Positions 58,505 to 64,000 of a stretch of DNA of 64,000 nucleotides are shown here, one piece after another. Location: NCBI GenBank assembly GCA_040877915.1, contig JBBDNA010000006.1:26993-90992 (forward strand). The letters run 5' to 3'. The stretch comes from Dehalococcoidia bacterium (GTDB lineage: Bacteria > Chloroflexota > Dehalococcoidia > SM23-28-2 > RBG-16-64-32). The notes beneath the pieces were generated by a model. That model searched no databases, was not told where the DNA came from, and saw nothing but the letters and a program-made list of their open reading frames with translations. Position numbers and translations under genes: made by a program. Numbering within the stretch: position 1 is the first letter of the stretch; every line of letters starts with the position of its first letter.

Positions 58505-59911
58505 CTAGCGGCCCTCGCCGGCGTCCAGCCCCACGGCCCGAACCGTCGCCTCCGTCACCTCGTCCGGCAGGCGGTAGCCGCGGAAGCAGAAGTAGCCCAG
58601 AAGCGCGGCGATGCCCGCCACCGGCCCCACCAGCCGGATGCCCAGGGGGTCGTCCGAGGTCTCGCCCAGGAGCAGCAGCGCCGCCAGTATCGGCGCGAAC
58701 AGCGAGCCCGCCCACTTCTCGATCGTGGCCTGGGCGCCGTAGTAGATCGCCTCTCGCCGCATGCCGGTGCGCACGGAATCGTAGTCGATTATGTCGGCCG
58801 TGATGGCGTTGGGGAACGTGAACACGGCCGCCATCGGCAGGCCGACGAACGCGACGAAGGCCAGGCTCTGCGCCATCACCGGTACCCCCGGGACGAACCC
58901 CATGAAGAAGAGGAACGGGAACCCCAGCGCGCCCAGCGCCATGGCCACCGAGTACACCCAGGCCTTCCCGCGCCTTATCGACAGCCGGTACACGATCGGC
59001 AGCGTGACCAGAACAACGGCTATGGCGGCGCCGATGAGGATGCCGGACACCGCCCCCTCCTCCAGGTCGAGCGAGAGCCCCAGCAGATTGACGTCCAGCG
59101 ACTCCCTGTCGCCCAGAACTACGGCGTCGGCGTAGAACGGCATCGCCGCCGTCAGCAGGGTCACGGACATGTTGAACAGCACGAACGTGGGCAAAAAGTA
59201 CAGGAACTGGTCGTTGCGGAAGGTGTCGCGGAACGCCCGCAGCGGCCCCGCCGAGACCGGCGCCACGTCTCGCTTGGCGTAACGCCAGACCCCGAACAGC
59301 GCGATGTAGCGCGAGCCGAAGGCGACGACCGCCATGGTTATGCCCATCACCTGGAAGCTGAAGGCGTCCTTGATCAGCCCGCTCACGACGAGCCCCACTA
59401 CCGCGCCCAGCGAGCCGAAGAACACCTGCCAGGTCACGATGCTCACCCTCGCCCGCGACGATTCCGCTATCTCCGGCAACAGCGACTCGAACGGGCCGCC
59501 GGAGAGCGTGGAGAACAGCCGGTGCAGCCACACGAAGAAGAAGAAGTACAGCGCGTTGGCGAAGTGGCCGGCATCGCCACCGGGCGGGAACCACATCAGC
59601 GCGAAGGTCAGCGCGTAAAGGGGCGTGGAGAACACCACGAACGGGATGCGCCGCCCCCATCGCGTCTGGGTGCGGTCGCTCCAGAAGCCGATCAGCGGGT
59701 CGTCGATCGAGTCGAGGACGGTGATCAGCGGGATGAGGATGCCGATGACCAGCCGCGGCACCAGCGTCGGCAGGTCCTCCTCGTCCGAGGGCGGGGCGAA
59801 GAAGAACACCAGCCACAGCGCGGTGGAACGCGAGATGACGTTGCCGGCGATGCTGCCGGACGCGTAGACCAGGCGGTTGAAGCGGGGGATCTCCGGCGTG
59901 GCGCTGGACAT
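58505..59911 (-). CDS. MFS transporter, GPH (glycoside-pentoside-hexuronide:cation symporter)-like
   Basis: 12 [24 protein letters not shown] is the GPH/MelB-family signature. Confidence 0.7.
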   Translation of the reverse strand: MSSATPEIPRFNRLVYASGSIAGNVISRSTALWLVFFFAPPSDEEDLPTLVPRLVIGILIPLITVLDSIDDPLIGFWSDRTQTRWGRRIPFVVFSTPLYALTFALMWFPPGGDAGHFANALYFFFFVWLHRLFSTLSGGPFESLLPEIAESSRARVSIVTWQVFFGSLGAVVGLVVSGLIKDAFSFQVMGITMAVVAFGSRYIALFGVWRYAKRDVAPVSAGPLRAFRDTFRNDQFLYFLPTFVLFNMSVTLLTAAMPFYADAVVLGDRESLDVNLLGLSLDLEEGAVSGILIGAAIAVVLVTLPIVYRLSIRRGKAWVYSVAMALGALGFPFLFFMGFVPGVPVMAQSLAFVAFVGLPMAAVFTFPNAITADIIDYDSVRTGMRREAIYYGAQATIEKWAGSLFAPILAALLLLGETSDDPLGIRLVGPVAGIAALLGYFCFRGYRLPDEVTEATVRAVGLDAGEGR

Positions 59912-59977
59912 GCCGCGAGCGATTGTAGCAGACGGCCCGTGTTAAAATTGAAGCGTATCGCCGGAAGGAGCGAGCCC

Positions 59978-60277
59978 GTGGTAAGCGAAGAAGTTGTGCT
60001 GGAGAGCCTCAAAGAGGTCTACGACCCCGAGCTGAACTACAACATCGTCGACCTGGGCCTCGTCTACGATGTCGACGTCAAGGAGGGCGACGTGCACGTC
60101 CTCATGACCCTCACCACCCCAGCCTGCCCCATCGGCCCCATGGTCGTCGAGCAGATACGGGAGAGCCTCGGCCTGATGCCCGGCATTAAGGACGTCGACG
60201 TGGAGTTCACGTTCGACCCGCCCTGGGGCCCGGACATGATGACCGAGGACGCCCGCCACGACCTCGGCATCGACTAG
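59978..60277 (+). CDS. DUF59/SufT-like Fe-S cluster assembly protein (MIP18 family)
   Basis: 99 aa, GTG start after GGAAGGAG. LKEVYDPELNYNIVDLGLVYDV...TLTTPACPIG is the DUF59 motif with the conserved Cys. The 679-aa ORF-track frame upstream is an artefact. Confidence 0.7.
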   Translation: MVSEEVVLESLKEVYDPELNYNIVDLGLVYDVDVKEGDVHVLMTLTTPACPIGPMVVEQIRESLGLMPGIKDVDVEFTFDPPWGPDMMTEDARHDLGID

Positions 60278-60426
60278 AGCGTACCCTCCGGACACGGCGC
60301 CACCATTATCCACCGCTCGTGCCTGTCGAAGTGCGCGCGGCTCCCCCCTTCGACGACCTCAGGGTGAGCGGGATTGGCCGGGTTGGATACGCTGATTTCG
60401 CACAAGAGTGCGGGGCGCGGCGGCCG

Positions 60427-61458
60427 CTAAATCGGCGCCAGCAGGTACTCCACCACCTCGCGCAGCTCCCGCGCCGGCCCCGCCTGCAGCTCAACGCCGT
60501 CCAGCGCCGCCAGCGCCTGTTGCCGTCGCTCCGTCAGCGCCGCCTCGCAGTACTGACGCGCACCGGCCGAATCGAGCGCCGCCAGCGCGGCCTCGACGTC
60601 GTCGCCGCTGAGCTCCGCCTTCGCGTAGACGCGGCGCAACTCGCCGCCCTCCGCCCGCGACAGCGCGTAGACGACGGGCAGCGATTTCTTTCGGTTCCAG
60701 ACATCGGTCGCGCGCGCCTTGCCGGTCGAGGCCGGCTCTCCCCAGACGCCGAGCACATCGTCGCGTATCTGGAACGCGACGCCGAGCCGCCGACCGAGCT
60801 CCCCCAGCACAGCGGCGATTCGCCCATCGTCCGAGCCGGCGAGTCCGCCCAGCCGCAGCGCGCAGCCGAACAGCGCCCCGGTCTTTTTCTCCACCATCGC
60901 CAGGTATTCGGCCTCGCTCACGTCGAGGCGATCCTCGAAGCTGAGGTCCAGCGTTTGGCCTTCCACCATCTCCAGAGTGGCCTCGTCCAGCGCCCGCGCC
61001 GCCTCGATGACGCCGCCCTCCGTCAACCCCTCCGCGCGCAGCTCCAGCACCGCCAGCCGCGCCAGCCCGGCCAGGGCGTCGCCGGCGTTGATCGCCTGCG
61101 CCTCGCCCCAGACCGCCCAGACCGACGGCCGGTGCCGGCGCTCCGGGTCGCGGTCCTGGATGTCGTCGTGGACGAGCGAGAAGTTGTGCGTCAGCTCCAC
61201 CGCCGCGGCGGCGGGGAGGGCCTTTCGCCAGTCGCCGCCGGTAGCCTCGCAGGCCAGCAGGCAGAGTGTCGGCCGCAACGCCTTGCCGCCGTCCCCCTCG
61301 CTAGGACGTCCCTCGGCGTCCTCCCAGCCCAGGTGATAGCGCAGCATGCGGTAGAGCAGGCCGGAGCGGTCGGGATCGCGGGAGGTCAGGAGCGAGCGGA
61401 GAGTGCCGTCCAGCGCCTCCCGGTAGCGGTGGAAGGCGTCTGGAACGCCCGCGCTCAC
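60427..61458 (-). CDS. Polyprenyl diphosphate synthase (GGPP/FPP synthase family)
   Basis: First DDxxD (LVHDDIQDRD) and second DDxxD (FQIRDDVLG). Start set to GTG 61458, which overlaps the yjbQ stop (GTGA). Confidence 0.8.
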   Translation of the reverse strand: MSAGVPDAFHRYREALDGTLRSLLTSRDPDRSGLLYRMLRYHLGWEDAEGRPSEGDGGKALRPTLCLLACEATGGDWRKALPAAAAVELTHNFSLVHDDIQDRDPERRHRPSVWAVWGEAQAINAGDALAGLARLAVLELRAEGLTEGGVIEAARALDEATLEMVEGQTLDLSFEDRLDVSEAEYLAMVEKKTGALFGCALRLGGLAGSDDGRIAAVLGELGRRLGVAFQIRDDVLGVWGEPASTGKARATDVWNRKKSLPVVYALSRAEGGELRRVYAKAELSGDDVEAALAALDSAGARQYCEAALTERRQQALAALDGVELQAGPARELREVVEYLLAPI

Positions 61459-61892
61459 TCGCCTACGAGCTGTACGACGAACTCGCGCTCGCGGCCGTGG
61501 TCCAGCTCGACGAAGAAGATGCGCTGCCACTCGCCCACCATGAGGCGGCCCTCGATGACAGGGACGGCCTCGCTGGCGCCCAGCAATAGCTGCTGGCAGT
61601 GGGCGTGGCCGTTGGGGCGCTCGCCGTTGGTGGAGAAGGCGTGGGCCGCGTCGTTGTGCTGATAATCGGCCGCCGACGGCGCTATCTGCTCCAGCATGCG
61701 CTCCATGTCCACCAGGAGCGCCGGCTCGTTCTCGTTGATGCGGATGGCGGCCGTGGTGTGCCGGGAGTAGACGACGGCGAAGCCGTTGGCGACGCCCGAC
61801 TCCCGGGCCGCTTCTTCGACCCTTTCGGTTATGTCGACGAACTGCGGCCCCTTCTCCGTCCGTATCACGAACGTCTGCGAGAGGAACTTCAC
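61455..61892 (-). CDS. yjbQ: YjbQ-family protein (UPF0047, secondary thiamine-phosphate synthase-like)
   Basis: Trimmed to GTG 61892 (after GGAGGAAG). FVDITERVEEAARESGVANGFAVVYSRHTTAAIRINENE...GHAHCQQLLLG is the family signature. Confidence 0.7.
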   Translation of the reverse strand: MKFLSQTFVIRTEKGPQFVDITERVEEAARESGVANGFAVVYSRHTTAAIRINENEPALLVDMERMLEQIAPSAADYQHNDAAHAFSTNGERPNGHAHCQQLLLGASEAVPVIEGRLMVGEWQRIFFVELDHGREREFVVQLVGE

Positions 61893-62084
61893 CGTGGCTT
61901 CCTCCTTATCAGGCGCCCCAGAATTGGGCTGGAGATTCACGCCGCCTCGCCCTCGCGTAGGTTATCATCCTCGCGCGCAAGGGCATAGGGTTTCCGGCTG
62001 GAACTTTTTTCGCCAGAAGGGGATGAGGGCTTCCCCTGTCAGGGTATAATTAAGCAAGTCGCCCGAAACCTTTGAGGATCAGCC

Positions 62085-62468
62085 ATGACCGAAGAACGAG
62101 CAGAGAGCATGGACAAGCAGGAGCCCCACAGCTGGCACATCCCGGACGAGACCCGTGTCGGCGTGCTGGCCGGCGTGGAAGAGGCCGAGATCTGGCTGCA
62201 GGCACATCTCCTGCGCTGCGAATCCTGCCGCAGGCCGATCATCGACCTGCTGACCAGGGTGGGCGGCGAGATGAGCGACGGGGGCGCCGTCGACTGCCAC
62301 CAGGCGCGGAACGCCCTCTTCCACTTCCTGGAGGGCGGGCGCGAACCGGCCTCCGTCCTCGTGCAGCACATCGTCATGTGTGACGACTGCTCGCACACCT
62401 TCTACGAGCCGGCGAAGGCGGCGATAGTCCTGGAGTTCGATCCGGACGAGACCGGCGAGGCCGGCTAG
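62085..62468 (+). CDS. Hypothetical Cys/His-rich protein (zf-HC2 anti-sigma-like zinc finger)
   Basis: HLLRCESCRR...DCHQARNALFHF...VMCDDCSHTF. A perfect TATAAT -10 at 62045..62050 lies upstream. Confidence 0.4.
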   Translation: MTEERAESMDKQEPHSWHIPDETRVGVLAGVEEAEIWLQAHLLRCESCRRPIIDLLTRVGGEMSDGGAVDCHQARNALFHFLEGGREPASVLVQHIVMCDDCSHTFYEPAKAAIVLEFDPDETGEAG

Positions 62469-62549
62469 ACCCTCGGCCTTGGCCCGACCAGGAGTGGGGA
62501 ATAGTCTACTTTATTGTGTAGAGACTATCCCAACAATATGGAGGTTGCC

Positions 62550-62739
62550 CATGGGCAAGATAATTGACTGCAATAAGGTGAACCCCGCCAGCGGCTGCTC
62601 TCACGTCGTTCGCGGCGAAACCGAAGAGGAGCTGATGAAGAACGCGGAGGAGCACGCCAGGGAGCACGGTATCGTCGAAGTTACGCCCGAACTCATCGAG
62701 ATGATCAAGGCGAATATCGAGGACGAAGTCCCGGCCTAG
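62550..62739 (+). CDS. DUF1059-family small protein
   Basis: Trimmed to ATG 62550 (after GGAGG). MGKIIDCNKVNPASGCSHVVRGETEEELMKNAEEHAREHGI. An inverted repeat ATAGTCTAC/GTAGAGACTAT sits upstream. Confidence 0.5.
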
Positions 62740-63434
62740 ACCCGTACCTGCACCATAATCAGCTCGGAGGTCTCGCCCGCGCCAATCGCCAGCCGGCCCT
62801 CTTTCCGGATACGAGCGGCGTCGCCGGTCGCCATCGCCTCGCCGTTGACGGTTGCCTCGCCGCCTATCACGTAGAAGTAGGCGCCGAAGCCCTCGGGGAG
62901 TTCGTGCTCCAGCGACTTTCCCGCCTCCAGGCGCGACAGGTAGACCCAGGCGTCCTGGTGCACGCTCACGCCGAGCTCCCCGTCCGGCGATATCGCGGCC
63001 AGCAGGACGTTGGTGCGGTCGGCCTCGGTGAACGCCTTCTGCTCCAGCGAGGGCTCCAGCCCGCGCTCGCGTGGCATTATCCACATCTGGATGAAGCGCA
63101 GCGGCTCCGTCTGGGAGCCGTTCATCTCGGAGTGGTGGGCGCCGGAGCCCAGGGTCAGCCGCTGTACCGAGCCGGCGGGCAGCACTCCGCCGTTCCCCAT
63201 GCTGTCACGGTGCTCGAACGAGCCCTCCACAGCGTAGGTTAGCCCCTCTACGTCGCGGTGCGGGTGCATCGGCCACACGGCGCCCGGTATCAGGCGGTCG
63301 TCGTTGAACACGCGCAGGGTGCCGAACCCAATGTTCTCGGAGTCGTAGTACTCGTCGAACGAGAAGTGCCAGCGGGCGGAGAACCAGCCGCCCTCCTTCC
63401 GGTAGATTTCAGAGTCGCGCCGGATTTCGATCAT
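62736..63434 (-). CDS. Pirin-family protein
   Basis: Bicupin, 232 aa, with the pirin metal-site motif HPHRDVEGLTY plus SEM. Confidence 0.8.
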   Translation of the reverse strand: MIEIRRDSEIYRKEGGWFSARWHFSFDEYYDSENIGFGTLRVFNDDRLIPGAVWPMHPHRDVEGLTYAVEGSFEHRDSMGNGGVLPAGSVQRLTLGSGAHHSEMNGSQTEPLRFIQMWIMPRERGLEPSLEQKAFTEADRTNVLLAAISPDGELGVSVHQDAWVYLSRLEAGKSLEHELPEGFGAYFYVIGGEATVNGEAMATGDAARIRKEGRLAIGAGETSELIMVQVRV

Positions 63435-63437
63435 CGC

Positions 63438-63749
63438 CTATCGTCCTTCCAGCCAGCGGGTCAGCTTGCCCACGTTGTCCCGCATGTTCAGCCGCGCCTC
63501 ATTGATCAGCCAGCGGTAGCAGTCCAGCCGTTGCGAGCGGTCCTGCGCGTAGTCCTGCCAGGCCAGGACGAACGCGCGTCCCTGCGCCTTCGCCGAGCCT
63601 TCCTTGGGGAATACGTGCACGTAGATCGTCCCGCCATCGTCCGTGAGGCCCAGGCCGCCCACGGCGCTCTCCGCCAGGTCTCCGCGGCCGGCGTCCGCCA
63701 GCCGTCGCCGCAGCTCGCGCTCCAGGAATGCCAGCGCCATTGGGTTCAT
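63438..63749 (-). CDS. Hypothetical protein
   Basis: Trimmed to internal ATG. The longer ORF-track N-terminus is Arg/Gly-rich and implausible. Confidence 0.3.
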   Translation of the reverse strand: MNPMALAFLERELRRRLADAGRGDLAESAVGGLGLTDDGGTIYVHVFPKEGSAKAQGRAFVLAWQDYAQDRSQRLDCYRWLINEARLNMRDNVGKLTRWLEGR

Positions 63750-63787
63750 GTTAGCAGGCGAGGCAAGCGCTATCCGCCGGACGGCGG

Positions 63788-64000
63788 CTAGCTCCCGTAG
63801 AACGTGGCGGCGATGGCCCCGGCGTAGGCCAGCAACTTGTCCGGCGGCAGCGCGTAGGCCGGTGGCACCGGGCACAGCGAGTCGGCGATCTCCCACAGCG
63901 GCTCCACCCGCTTCCGCACCTCGTCGGCGGTCCCGCACAGGACGAACGTCTCCACCATCTCGTCCGGGATGTCCGCCGCCACACCCACGTAATCGCCTCG
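63788..64000 (-). CDS. C-terminal fragment of an oxidoreductase (possibly LLM/F420-dependent family); gene continues beyond the window
   Basis: The tail ...ETFVLCGTADEVRKRVEPL resembles the C-termini of luciferase-like monooxygenases. Truncated at the window edge. Confidence 0.25.
   Translation of the reverse strand, partial: RGDYVGVAADIPDEMVETFVLCGTADEVRKRVEPLWEIADSLCPVPPAYALPPDKLLAYAGAIAATFYGS

Noticed and set aside
58238-59977. Upstream 580 codons of the 679-aa plus-strand ORF
   Set aside because: Antisense to the MFS transporter gene and low complexity. Only the last 99 codons (SufT/DUF59, GTG 59978 with RBS) are credible.

Overview
High-GC (~68%) bacterial chromosomal segment, mostly core genes. 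The rny-ymdB pair next to recA, extended -10 promoters and several leaderless genes suggest Chloroflexota (Thermomicrobia/Sphaerobacter-like) or a related Terrabacteria lineage, not Actinobacteria; this is inference.

Gene content, start to end:
- (1) priA N-terminus, rplS-trmD, a membrane protein and mogA on the minus strand.
- (2) A compact dcw cell-wall/division cluster (3.3-19.6 kb): mraZ-rsmH-ftsL-ftsI-murF-mraY-murD-ftsW-murG-murC-murB-ddl-ftsQ-ftsA-ftsZ. Most junctions are 4-nt ATGA/GTGA overlaps, murE is absent, and a GTGGGG x3 MraZ operator sits in the promoter.
- (3) A DUF3048 lipoprotein.
- (4) A ribonucleotide-reductase neighbourhood at 21.2-35.4 kb, which is the accessory, most interesting part. 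It holds nrdR with a 600-bp repeat-rich leader and two coupled small ORFs, then a lower-GC HTH-XRE + ImmA/IrrE (CapH/CapP- or DdrO/IrrE-like) pair placed 14 nt upstream of a 955-aa class II RNR. Next come a lipoprotein coupled to a PAS-GGDEF-HD-GYP membrane sensor, an orphan DGQHR (DndB-like) protein divergent from a second 803-aa class II RNR paralog, and a low-GC AlbA_2/Schlafen-like gene.
- (5) Small cupin/ABM/PNPOx/thioesterase/VOC genes, then a WYL regulator divergent from yggS-proC-yggT, followed by recA (putative Cheo-type SOS box), rny, ymdB and a PHP phosphoesterase.
- (6) tRNA-Asp and an msrA-msrB fusion.
- (7) pstSCAB-phoU on the minus strand with pho-box-like repeats, a PhoR/PhoB-type two-component pair, and a second phoU-pstB pair.
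- (8) An MFS transporter, SufT/DUF59, polyprenyl synthase, yjbQ, DUF1059 and pirin.

No rRNA, CRISPR array or transposase was seen. Many long antisense ORFs are GC artefacts.
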